DNA from: Candidatus Woesearchaeota archaeon
Lineage (GTDB): Archaea; Nanobdellota; Nanobdellia; Woesearchaeales; JAFCFN01
DNA: 64,000 bases
NCBI GenBank assembly: GCA_017608625.1
Contig: JAFCFN010000006.1
Location: 295 to 64,294, forward strand
Direction of reading: 5' to 3'
Shown in pieces: positions 40,158-49,160 of this stretch. The notes below the pieces were generated by a model. The model was given only the letters and a program-made list of their open reading frames with translations, made no database searches and was not told the DNA's origin. A program made the translations under genes and the position numbers. Position 1 is the stretch's first letter; each line of letters starts with the position of its first letter.

Positions 40158-43100
40158 ATCTTTAAGCTCACAACTTTACTAATGCCATGGTCTGTCATAC
40201 TGATTCCATAAAGAGAATCAGCTTCTGATATAACTGCATCATTATGGCTTATTAAGATGTATTGAGCTTTTTGGCAGTATTTTCTTATCAATAATGCAAA
40301 TTTTTCTGAGTTGTGTTTATCAAGAGCTGCATCCACTTCATCCAAAATATAGAATGAAGCTGGCTGATATTCTTGTATAGCAAATATAAAAGCAAGTGTT
40401 GTAAGTGTTTTTTCTCCTCCTGACAGGCTTCTTAAATCAATATATTTATTAGAAGTAATTTTAACTTTGATTGTCATTCCTCCTTCAAATGGATTTTGAG
40501 GATTTTCTAGTTGCAAGTATGCATTTCCTTTTTTTGTTAGTGTTGAGAATATTCTCTGGAAATTTTCATTTACTGCGTTGAAAGTCTGCATAAATAAACC
40601 AGATTTCTTTTTCTCAAGTTCCTCCATCATTTTGAGAATATCTTGTTTTTCTTTTTCTATTTTCTCTTTCTTTTCAAGTAATGCATCATACTCTTTAACA
40701 ACCGCGTCATATATTTCTAGTGACTTTAAGTTAACAGAGCCTAGCTGTTCTTTTAATTTTTCAAATTTTGTTATCTCCCTTTTTAACTCATCTTCTGATT
40801 TATTTGTTATTAGTCTTACTCCTTTGTATTGCTCGAAATCCTGCTCAAGTCCTGCTAACTCAGCATTAATCTTTGCCAAATCTAATGAAATGAGATTGTT
40901 TTTGCTTTCTATTTTCCTCATTTCTTCTAATATTGAATCTGTCTTAATCTCGTTCTTTTGTATTATTTCATTTTCTTTTGTTCTTTTATTGAATAATTCC
41001 TTAAATTTAGAATAAAACATTGCTGCTTTTTTCTCTTTTTCAGCAAGCTGTTTGTTCTCATTTGAGATTTTTTTATTTAACTGAGAAATCTCTTCTTCAA
41101 ATTCTTGTTTATATTTTTCATTTTGTTTGATGATTTTTTCTGTATTTAATTTCTCAGCCAGAAGCATGTCATTTATTTGTATGTCAATATTCTTTATTTC
41201 AGCATCCATTTTTATTATCTCCTCTGTTATTGTTGTTTTCTGCTGTTCAAAAGTATTTAACTCAGCCAATAATGCAGGATCTCTTAGTTGAGCAATTTGG
41301 TTTCTTAACTCCTGTTTTTTTATTTTTAGATTTGCTAACTCTTTGTTTTGTTCAAGAATTCTTTCTTTTATTTTCTCAAATTCTTTATCTACATCATTAA
41401 GCTTACTTTTTAGTCTTTGTTTTTCTTGAGTAGAAGCTTCTATGTCAGCACTATCAAGATGCAAGCTTTTTTCTGTTTTGATTATTTCTCCCTCTAAGTT
41501 AGCCTTTTTTTGCCTTAATTCATTTATTTTTTGTTCATTCTCTAGTTTTCTCTTTTCTAATGTATCAATTAGTTTTTGAATTTGACTTATTTTTGATCTT
41601 TGTTGTTCTAATTCTTTGAGTGTATCTTGTTCTTTAAAACCAGATGCTTTTATTTTTCTAAAACCACCATGCATCACTCCTGATATCTCTGCTACATCTC
41701 CATCTAAAGTAACATATTTTGCTTTGTTTATTCCTAGTTTTCTCGCTGTTTCAATATTTTTTACAATAATTGTATTTGCAAACACATAAGAAAATGCTTT
41801 TTTGAATTTTGGATCAAAGCTTACTAAATCAAGAGCCAAGCCATAAACTGAGTTGGTTTTTTTGGCTAAATTCTTAATATTTTGAGGAGTTTCTTTTGCC
41901 TGTATTTTGTTTAAAGGGATAAATGTTGCTGTTCCTAGTTTGTTCTTTTTTAAGTAATTTATGCACTGGTTTGCTGTTTTGTCATCCTCTACTATAATGC
42001 TGTTTAATCTTTGTCCAGCTGCTACTGATAAAGCTGTGCTGAACTGAGAGTCTACTTTTCCTAAGCTGGAGAGTGTTCCATATATGCCTTTTATTCCTGA
42101 TTTTAGCAATGCTCTTATAGGGGCAGGTCCTAAAGATGTTTGCTCTGCTGTCATTGCTCTTGCTTCTAATTTAGCTAGGACCTCATTTAATTTTAGAAGT
42201 TGTTTTCTATTATTAACAAGCTGTAAAGCTAAAGAAGAATCTTCATTTAATAGCTTATTCAGTTCTGAAGTAAGTTCTTTGAATAATTGCTTTTTCTTTT
42301 TTAGCTCATTTAACTGGCTAGAGTGCTCTTTTTCAATTAGTTTCACTTTTGCTATTTTTGAATCAATGCTGTTTATTTCAAATTCTAGTTTATCTTTCTC
42401 TCTTAAGAGATTCTGCTGTTGTTCTATTAGAGAATTAACGTATTTTTGTTTTTCTTCTATTTTCTTATCTAAGTTTTCAACCTCAGCTTCAATAGTAGAT
42501 GTTGCATCAAGCTTATTGTCTGCTTTAAATTTAGCTAGCTTGTTTTCAAGCTCTTTCTTTTGCTTTAGTTTCTTGTTTTTATCTTTAATTAATTCTGCTT
42601 TTTGAGAATTCAGATTTTCGATTTTTTCATCTATTTCTTTTAAGCTTAATTTAAGTTGCTCTTTTCTTTGTTCAATTTTTGCTATCTCGTTTTTGCAAGA
42701 ATTTAATCTTGTTTTCGCAGATGCAATACTTACTTTAAGATTCTCTATTTCTTTTCTGAGGTTAAGCTGTTCTACTTCTCCTTTTTCCTCTATTTCTTTT
42801 GTTATACTATCAATTATTTCCTTTCTTTTTGCTATATCTTCTTTTAACTTGTTTATTTGCGACTGCTGCTTATTTATTAATTCCTTATTTTTGTTTAATT
42901 TTGCTTGCAGTTCATTTTTTGATTTTAGTCTTTTTTGAATTTGTAAATTCAGGTAAGAAGCTCTATTTTGTGTGATTGCATCACTCATCTCTTTATATTT
43001 TAATGCTTGGTCCCTGTCTTTTTTCAATTCTTTAAGATATGTTTTTCTTTCTGTTAAAATGATTTCTGCTTCTTTTAATTTAGCATCTGTTTTTTCTAAT

Positions 43101-43642
43101 TCATGTAAGGCTTTTTGTTTTTTTTCTTCATAAACTGCTATATCTGAGATTTCTTCTAAAATCATTCTTTTTTGCAAAGGAGATAGTTCAACAAATTTTG
43201 TAACATCTCCTTGCAGAACAATATTATGACCATCAGGGTCAATCCTTGCTAGTGCTAATAAGTCTAAAACTTGTTGTCTTGTTCTTACTTTGTCGTTTAT
43301 TTTATATGTGCTTTGTCCATTTTGTTTCACTATTCTTGTTATTTTAACTACATCATCATCTGTTGGAAATATTTTTTGGCTATTGTCAAAGAAGATAGAT
43401 ACTTCTGCTTTTTTTGCTGGCTCTTTATGCTTGCCTCCATTGTATATTAAACCAGAACCTTTCTCTGCTCTTAGACTTTTTGTTGAGCTTTTACCCAGAA
43501 CAAAGCATATAGCATCTCCTATGTTGGATTTTCCTGATCCATTTGGTCCTAGGATGCAGTTAAATCCTCTGTCAAATATCAATTCAGTGTGGTTGGCAAA
43601 GGATTTAAAACCATGCATCACTATTTTCTTAATGTAAGTCAT
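40154..43642 (-). CDS. smc: chromosome segregation protein SMC
   Basis: 1162 aa; N-terminal 'GPNGSGKSN' Walker A, coiled coils, central hinge, C-terminal 'LSGGEKTLTTLAF' signature and 'ILDEVDAALD' Walker B. Confidence 0.85.
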   Translation of the reverse strand: MTYIKKIVMHGFKSFANHTELIFDRGFNCILGPNGSGKSNIGDAICFVLGKSSTKSLRAEKGSGLIYNGGKHKEPAKKAEVSIFFDNSQKIFPTDDDVVKITRIVKQNGQSTYKINDKVRTRQQVLDLLALARIDPDGHNIVLQGDVTKFVELSPLQKRMILEEISDIAVYEEKKQKALHELEKTDAKLKEAEIILTERKTYLKELKKDRDQALKYKEMSDAITQNRASYLNLQIQKRLKSKNELQAKLNKNKELINKQQSQINKLKEDIAKRKEIIDSITKEIEEKGEVEQLNLRKEIENLKVSIASAKTRLNSCKNEIAKIEQRKEQLKLSLKEIDEKIENLNSQKAELIKDKNKKLKQKKELENKLAKFKADNKLDATSTIEAEVENLDKKIEEKQKYVNSLIEQQQNLLREKDKLEFEINSIDSKIAKVKLIEKEHSSQLNELKKKKQLFKELTSELNKLLNEDSSLALQLVNNRKQLLKLNEVLAKLEARAMTAEQTSLGPAPIRALLKSGIKGIYGTLSSLGKVDSQFSTALSVAAGQRLNSIIVEDDKTANQCINYLKKNKLGTATFIPLNKIQAKETPQNIKNLAKKTNSVYGLALDLVSFDPKFKKAFSYVFANTIIVKNIETARKLGINKAKYVTLDGDVAEISGVMHGGFRKIKASGFKEQDTLKELEQQRSKISQIQKLIDTLEKRKLENEQKINELRQKKANLEGEIIKTEKSLHLDSADIEASTQEKQRLKSKLNDVDKEFEKIKERILEQNKELANLKIKKQELRNQIAQLRDPALLAELNTFEQQKTTITEEIIKMDAEIKNIDIQINDMLLAEKLNTEKIIKQNEKYKQEFEEEISQLNKKISNENKQLAEKEKKAAMFYSKFKELFNKRTKENEIIQKNEIKTDSILEEMRKIESKNNLISLDLAKINAELAGLEQDFEQYKGVRLITNKSEDELKREITKFEKLKEQLGSVNLKSLEIYDAVVKEYDALLEKKEKIEKEKQDILKMMEELEKKKSGLFMQTFNAVNENFQRIFSTLTKKGNAYLQLENPQNPFEGGMTIKVKITSNKYIDLRSLSGGEKTLTTLAFIFAIQEYQPASFYILDEVDAALDKHNSEKFALLIRKYCQKAQYILISHNDAVISEADSLYGISMTDHGISKVVSLKI

Positions 43643-43723
43643 AACCGTAGCCAGTTAACGTCTAAGGGAGATGCGCTCGCAACAGAGTTGCTCGTTTAGT
43701 CCCCCTGGTTAACCTTTACCTCC
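43643..43723 (-). ncRNA. GC-rich structured element between GGAGG and smc ATG (copy 2, ~80 nt)
   Basis: shares 27-nt 3' segment and flanking GTTAAC with copy 1; GGGGGA/UCUCCC stem enclosing GCAAC-UCU-GUUGC hairpin. Confidence 0.5.
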
Positions 43724-43896
43724 ATTTCTTTTAGTCTGTCCATAAGTGTTAAAGAAGCATTTAGTGTGTTTATTTCATTTATATCTATTTTGTATTTTCC
43801 ATAATCTAGTCTAGCTTTACACCTAGGGCATACTTTTGGCAGTTTTTCATCCCTTGTCAGCCAACTATACTGGCATTTTTTACATTTTATTAACAT
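43696..43896 (-). CDS. Zn-ribbon small protein; C-terminal codons read from the GC-rich element
   Basis: 'CKKCQY...CPRCKARL'; last 9 codons (MEVKVNQGD) lie in element copy 2. Confidence 0.35.
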   Translation of the reverse strand: MLIKCKKCQYSWLTRDEKLPKVCPRCKARLDYGKYKIDINEINTLNASLTLMDRLKEMEVKVNQGD

Positions 43897-44082
43897 TTTG
43901 GTATAGTAGGTATAATAATAAGTATAGTAAGTGATTTATAAAGATTTATTTTAATTGTAGAGTGGTGGTTAAAATGAATATACTTTTTAGTTAGCCATTA
44001 TTCAACCCTTTTAGTCTAGAACATAGCTTATAAATAACAAAAAGGAAAAAAATTAATTAAAAAATAGATAGAATGCTTTTTC

Positions 44083-44304
44083 TTATCCTTCTTTAACTAT
44101 CTCGCTACCCTTTTGAAGCAAGGTTACATTTCTGGCTTGTTTTCCTCGCTCTGTTTCAGCAGGATCAAATAATACCCTATCATTTTCACGTATAAATTTG
44201 CCTTGTCCTACAGCAGAGCTATGCACAAAATAATCTGCTCCGTCTTCTCCTTTAATAAAGCCGTAACCTTTCCTCATATTAAACCATTTTACTGTTCCTT
44301 CCAT
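44083..44304 (-). CDS. csp: cold-shock protein (CspA family)
   Basis: 'GTVKWFNMRKGYGFI'. Confidence 0.8.
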   Translation of the reverse strand: MEGTVKWFNMRKGYGFIKGEDGADYFVHSSAVGQGKFIRENDRVLFDPAETERGKQARNVTLLQKGSEIVKEG

Positions 44305-44429
44305 TTAATCCTCCTCTAAAATAATACAATAAAGAAAGAGCTTAACTCTTACTTATGTATTATTTTGAATCTAATAAGCTATATTAAACTAATGATATAT
44401 AAAACTTCCTATATAACAAGTTTTTTGAT

Positions 44430-45086
44430 TTAAAACTCACCCAATTTTCTTTGCTTTTTCTTCTCTGCAATTGCTTTATAACAACTCCAACTATGTCTGA
44501 AAATATTAGAGTATTTTTTGTAATTTTTCTTGAGAAATTCTTGAGTAATGGGATCTGCAGGATATCCTGAACCAATTGACTCTTTTATCTTTTCCTGAAT
44601 TTTCTTTATCTCCTTGTCTCTGATAACTTTGGCAATAATAGATGCAGCAGAAACAATTACATACTTTAAATCTGCTTTATGTTCAGCTTTAACAATAACA
44701 TCTTTATTGCTTAGATACTTTTTAAGATAAGATGTATATGCTTTAATATTTGGAGATGGACAGTCAAGCATTACTCTATCAGGTTTTAAAGCATTAATTA
44801 ATTCAGCTGATTTTCTTGCTTCAAGCCAATTTAAATTTAAACCATCATGACCCTGAACTGCTTTGTCAATCTCTTGAGGCGGAACAACAATTACTTTGTA
44901 TTTTTTGATTACTTTTTTTAATTTGCCAAAGAATTCTGCTCTTCGCTTTGGTGTCAATAGCTTAGAATCTTTAAGCTTTAATCTAGTTAATTTATCCAAC
45001 TCCTTTTCATCTATTAAAACAGCACAGATTACTAAAGGACCAATACATGGACCTCTTCCTGCCTCATCTATACCTAATACTTTCAT
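44430..45086 (-). CDS. rnhB: ribonuclease HII
   Basis: 'GIDEAGRGPCIGPLVI' N-terminal catalytic motif. Confidence 0.85.
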   Translation of the reverse strand: MKVLGIDEAGRGPCIGPLVICAVLIDEKELDKLTRLKLKDSKLLTPKRRAEFFGKLKKVIKKYKVIVVPPQEIDKAVQGHDGLNLNWLEARKSAELINALKPDRVMLDCPSPNIKAYTSYLKKYLSNKDVIVKAEHKADLKYVIVSAASIIAKVIRDKEIKKIQEKIKESIGSGYPADPITQEFLKKNYKKYSNIFRHSWSCYKAIAEKKKQRKLGEF

Positions 45087-45166
45087 TTTAGTTAGAATAT
45101 TATTTAATATTAAAAACTTTACTCAAAAACAATAATTTTATAAATCCTATTTTTCTCCATCTGCTT

Positions 45167-45889
45167 ATGCCCAAGGAAAGATTACTAAAAAGCAAGAAAA
45201 AGCAATGGCACCAAATACTAGCTCCAAAACTCTTTGGTAACCAGGTTTTGGGTGAGAGTTTGGTATATGATGTGAATCTATTGATAGGAAAAAACATAAA
45301 AGTCAATTTAATGAATTTAACAAAAGATCCAAAGAGATCAAATGTTAATCTTACATTTAAGGTGGAGAGTGTAAAGGAGAACAAAGGAATTACAAAAATA
45401 ATTGGCTATGAAATCATACCTGCCACTGTCAAGAGACTAGTTAAAAGAAACAGAAATAAAATAAATCTCTCATTTGTATGTTCAACATCTGACAATATGC
45501 AGATAAGAATAAAGCCTTTAGTGATAACAAAAGCTAAAACAAAAGGCTCTGTGTTAACATCTTTAAGAAAAGCTATTATTGATGAACTGTCAAAACTTGT
45601 AAATTTACTAAACTTTGAAGAGTTTATGATGCAGGTAATTGCTCATAAACTGCAGACAAATCTGAAAAAACAATTAAAAAAGATCTACCCTATTAAAAAT
45701 TTTGAAATAATATATATCAAACTGGAGAAAGAAAGCAAAGAGGTCAAAAAAGAGACAAAAACTGCTGCTAAAGAAGAGAAAGAAAAGACAAAAACAGAAG
45801 AAAAATCTGAAAAAACTGAAACAAAAAAAGAATCTGTTGAAAAACAGGAAGTTAAAGAAGAAAAAGTTGAAGAAGTTAAGAAGGAATAA
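45167..45889 (+). CDS. rps3ae: 30S ribosomal protein S3Ae, Lys/Glu-rich tail
   Basis: 'KKKQWHQILAPKLFGNQ' S3Ae N-terminus. Confidence 0.8.
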   Translation: MPKERLLKSKKKQWHQILAPKLFGNQVLGESLVYDVNLLIGKNIKVNLMNLTKDPKRSNVNLTFKVESVKENKGITKIIGYEIIPATVKRLVKRNRNKINLSFVCSTSDNMQIRIKPLVITKAKTKGSVLTSLRKAIIDELSKLVNLLNFEEFMMQVIAHKLQTNLKKQLKKIYPIKNFEIIYIKLEKESKEVKKETKTAAKEEKEKTKTEEKSEKTETKKESVEKQEVKEEKVEEVKKE

Positions 45890-45920
45890 ATTTTTAAAAA
45901 AAGAGTTCTTTTTTCATAAT

Positions 45921-46532
45921 ATGCAAAAGGTAATTGGAAGAGGTGCAGAAGCTATCATATACAAAGATGGCTCTGCTGTAATAAAAAGCAGGATAGAGAA
46001 AAATTATAGGCTGGCTGAGATAGACAAAAGGCTAAGAAAATATAGGACAAGAAGAGAGGCAAAGATATTGGATAAATTAAAAGCAATTAATTTTCCTGCA
46101 CCTAAATTATTAAGTTTTTGTGATAAAGAGATGTTAATTGAGATGGAACATGTAGAGGGAGAAAAACTAAGAGATATTTTAAATGAAGGAAATTGTATCA
46201 ATCTGTCTAAAGATTTAGGAAAGAAAATAGCCATTCTACATAATAATGGAATAATACATGGTGATCTAACAACTTCAAACATGATTTTAAGGAACAATGA
46301 TCTGCATTTTATTGATTTTGGATTAAGCTTTTTCTCAGATAAAATAGAGGATAAAGCAGTTGATTTGCATTTATTGAGGCAAGCTTTGGAAAGCAAACAC
46401 TACCTAATATGGAAAAAGTGTTTTGATGCTATTTTGGATGAATATAGTAAAAATAATCCCCAATATAATGAGATTTTCAACAGGTTAAAAAAAGTTGAAT
46501 CGAGGGGAAGGTACAAGAAAAAAGCTATTTAA
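45921..46532 (+). CDS. bud32: Kae1-associated kinase Bud32
   Basis: 'IGRGAEAIIYK', 'HGDLTTSNMIL', 'IDFGLS' kinase motifs; start moved to Met at 45921 (track start overlaps rps3ae by 53 nt). Confidence 0.7.
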   Translation: MQKVIGRGAEAIIYKDGSAVIKSRIEKNYRLAEIDKRLRKYRTRREAKILDKLKAINFPAPKLLSFCDKEMLIEMEHVEGEKLRDILNEGNCINLSKDLGKKIAILHNNGIIHGDLTTSNMILRNNDLHFIDFGLSFFSDKIEDKAVDLHLLRQALESKHYLIWKKCFDAILDEYSKNNPQYNEIFNRLKKVESRGRYKKKAI

Positions 46533-46632
46533 TCGAGGAGTTGTGACAAAAGATTTATATACTCTTATGTTTTTCTTTTATAAATTGCCTCGATAACAGG
46601 GGCATTTTAAAGATAAAGGGGTGGAAAATAAA

Positions 46633-46764
46633 ATGGGAAAAATAATTGCAAAAGGAGTTGTTAAAAGAAAGCCAGGCTACCTTTACTATGTAGATGCTAA
46701 AGGTAATGTCTGCGAAGCTAAGATGGCTAGAGGCGGTAAGAAAAAGAAGAAGAAAAAGAAATAA
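46633..46764 (+). CDS. small basic protein with poly-Lys tail (43 aa, not in ORF track)
   Basis: MGKIIAKGVVKRKPGYLYYVDAKGNVCEAKMARGGKKKKKKKK; SD ggggtggaaa upstream. Confidence 0.3.
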   Translation: MGKIIAKGVVKRKPGYLYYVDAKGNVCEAKMARGGKKKKKKKK

Positions 46765-46798
46765 GTGGAGCTGTTTCTTTTTTATTTTATTTTTTATT

Positions 46799-48736
46799 TC
46801 ACAATTCCAACAACCTTCTAAAAAACAAATAAATTTTCTGGAAAATATTCACATTTACAAGAGAAAGCTCAAAACTCTTGCTAACAGAATATTCTTTGTT
46901 GTTCTCATCTAAATATCTTATTGTTAGATTGAAAATATTTTTGCCTGGTTTGAGATCATTAGCTTTAAGATTGAATATTATGTTTTGTGTTTTATTAAGT
47001 TCAGCTAAGTTTAGTTTTTTGTTTCCAAGATTAATTGTAATGTTTTTAGGAATTGATTTTGATTCTTTTTCTAAAGTAAATGAAATTGTATATTTTTGAT
47101 TAAAACTTACATTTAAAGGAAAATTAAGATCAGTAATATTGATTTTTGGAATATCCAAAATTTCTAGATCAGGAAAGATTGTTTTTGATATTTCTTTGTT
47201 TATTGCTATTATTCTTACTCTCTTTAGTTGTTCTGTAATATTAAAGCTGAATGTCTTTTCTTGGGCTATGCCTAAATTAAATATTTTACAATCTTTTTCT
47301 AGACATACACTGATGTTTTCCAGATAGATGTTTCCTTTATTTTTAATTTCGCAATTAAGAACTGGTTTTTCATATAAATACTGCCTTTTTTTATCTGAGC
47401 TGCAGTTAAGATAAATTTCTTTGCTATAAACCTTTTTCTCTTCTTCTTGTAGCTGCTTAAATAATTTATTTATTTCTTCAAAACTAAAAACATCATCTTT
47501 TGCAGAAGATTTGAACTCAGTTTTAGCTGTTGCATTTCTTTCTGAAAATAATTGTAAAGGAAAGGTATATATGTAGTTCTTTTGTAGATTTTTTGTTAAA
47601 TTAATTATCCAATAAACCTGTTTTTTTGATTTAGGAGGTAATAAGATTCTTTTTTCTTTATTTAACACACTTATTTGGGATGGGGCTGCAAGAGTTAGTG
47701 TGGTTGCTATATAATAATTATTAGGATTTGTTATTGTTGCTTTTACTAAATTAAATGAACCAAAACCAACACTGTCCTCTATCATCTCCAAATTCAGATC
47801 CAACAAAGGTTTCACATTCCCAATTTGTTCTGTTACATCTGCCTTCATTTCCAAAGATGATGCTACTAAGTTAATATTCCTGCCTGTCCATTCATATCTT
47901 GTACTACTCTCATTACCTGATAGACCATAGTTTAGCAAAACATGAGAAGCATCTATGCTGTTAAACTCGCCATAAGTTGGATCTACATCTATCCAGCCAT
48001 AATCAGGAAAATAAACTCTTGCCCAAGCATGCCAATTAAAACCTTTTAGTTGAGGTAAATTTGAATAAGAGATTCCTGAAATATATTGAGCAGGAATTCC
48101 TAATGCTCTTACTAATGCTACAAACAGATTTGTAAATTCATCACATGTTCCTTTTTTATTTTCCAAGACCCCACTTGCTTTTTCTATTCTTTCTGCACAA
48201 GATAAATCATAATCAACATTGCTTTTAACAAAATCAAATAATTTGAAAACAACTTGATAAAGATCATCAGAACCTGCTGCTAACTGAGAGGCTGTTGAGA
48301 TTATTTTAGCATTATCAGAATCAATGAGTGCAGAGGGTTTGGTGTATTGAACATATTCTTCTGGGATATCCTGCAGTGGAAATGGAATTTTAGTTCTTAT
48401 TTTTTTAATTTTGTTTTCTGTTCTTATTCTGGCTGTTAAATACATTTGGAGTTCCTTTTCTTCTGGAGACTGCCATTCAAATCTCAAAATATTATCTTGT
48501 TCTGTTGCTTCAGGAAATGTTTCTAAGAGAATGACTTCTTGTTTGTCTGTATCTTGTGGAAAGAAGTAGAGGTCAGATATTACTTTGTCTATTGAATAAC
48601 TGCTCTTTGTAGGTGTTAGTGTGATGGTTGAGGATAAGTTAAGATTTAACTCAAGCTGTTTTGCTAGAGAGTAGTCTTCTGCTGATACTAGTTGTAATGA
48701 TATTAGAATTAACAAGATAGTGATCAATTTTTTCAT
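46799..48736 (-). CDS. secreted transglutaminase-like cysteine protease domain protein
   Basis: signal peptide; 'GTCDEFTNLF', 'WHAWARVY', 'DPT' Cys-His-Asp core. Confidence 0.6.
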   Translation of the reverse strand: MKKLITILLILISLQLVSAEDYSLAKQLELNLNLSSTITLTPTKSSYSIDKVISDLYFFPQDTDKQEVILLETFPEATEQDNILRFEWQSPEEKELQMYLTARIRTENKIKKIRTKIPFPLQDIPEEYVQYTKPSALIDSDNAKIISTASQLAAGSDDLYQVVFKLFDFVKSNVDYDLSCAERIEKASGVLENKKGTCDEFTNLFVALVRALGIPAQYISGISYSNLPQLKGFNWHAWARVYFPDYGWIDVDPTYGEFNSIDASHVLLNYGLSGNESSTRYEWTGRNINLVASSLEMKADVTEQIGNVKPLLDLNLEMIEDSVGFGSFNLVKATITNPNNYYIATTLTLAAPSQISVLNKEKRILLPPKSKKQVYWIINLTKNLQKNYIYTFPLQLFSERNATAKTEFKSSAKDDVFSFEEINKLFKQLQEEEKKVYSKEIYLNCSSDKKRQYLYEKPVLNCEIKNKGNIYLENISVCLEKDCKIFNLGIAQEKTFSFNITEQLKRVRIIAINKEISKTIFPDLEILDIPKINITDLNFPLNVSFNQKYTISFTLEKESKSIPKNITINLGNKKLNLAELNKTQNIIFNLKANDLKPGKNIFNLTIRYLDENNKEYSVSKSFELSLVNVNIFQKIYLFFRRLLEL

Positions 48737-48825
48737 ATTGAATGTGAAAATAGTTTTATTTAAATAGTTTATCAGAATTGTTAAACGAAATGTTTAAAAA
48801 AACTCTAAGAATATCTATATTTTAA

Positions 48826-49024
48826 GCCGCCGTGGCACAACCTGGTATCACTAAATGTGACAGGAAACTGCGCGGGATTGCTATGAGAAATTGTCTATTC
48901 TCACTAAGATCCCGTTCCCTTCGGGGTATCTGGGTTCAAAAAAGTGAAGTGTAGACAGAGGGGCAGTTACTACAGAGCTGCTTGCTTTGTTTACATCCGG
49001 CTTTTGAAAGTCCCAGCGGCGGCG
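48826..49024 (+). tRNA. tRNA-Ser(GCU)-like, probably three introns (D-loop ~17 nt, anticodon loop ~25 nt, T-loop ~70 nt)
   Basis: acceptor GCCGCCG/CGGCGGC+G; anticodon stem CGGGA/TCCCG with loop TTGCTA[intron]A; variable hairpin TCCC-TTCG-GGGG; T arm CTGGG-TTCAAA[intron]T-CCCAG; exon sum ~87 nt. Confidence 0.5.
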
Positions 49025-49070
49025 TTTATTTTAGTAACTTTTATAAACAATCTTTAATCTAATTCTATTT

Positions 49071-49145
49071 AGCGGGGTGGGGCAGTCTGGAGTGCCCGGA
49101 GGGCCCATAACCCTCAGGTCAGAGGTTCAAATCCTCTCCCCGCTA
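49071..49145 (+). tRNA. initiator tRNA-Met(CAU)
   Basis: AGCGGGG-TG-GGGC-AGTCTGGAGT-GCCC-G-GAGGG-CCCATAA-CCCTC-AGGTC-AGAGG-TTCAAAT-CCTCT-CCCCGCT-A; A1:U72 and three G-C pairs in anticodon stem. Confidence 0.85.
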
Positions 49146-49160
49146 TTTTCCAAAAAAAAG

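Noticed and set aside
40578-43637. Four plus-strand ORFs (40578..41015, 42084..42605, 42693..42938, 43290..43637) inside smc
   Set aside because: Antisense to the Lys/Glu-rich coiled-coil of SMC; translations are low-complexity Ser/Phe/Leu strings typical of shadow ORFs
45837-45920. ORF-track N-terminal extension of Bud32 overlapping rps3ae by 53 nt
   Set aside because: Extension is Lys-rich read-through of the S3Ae tail in another frame; kinase domain begins at Met 45921
49077-49160. ORF-track start of the glycosyltransferase at 49077 (MGQSGVPGGP...)
   Set aside because: These codons are the initiator tRNA-Met gene (49071..49145); real start must be downstream (GTG 49161 or a later ATG)
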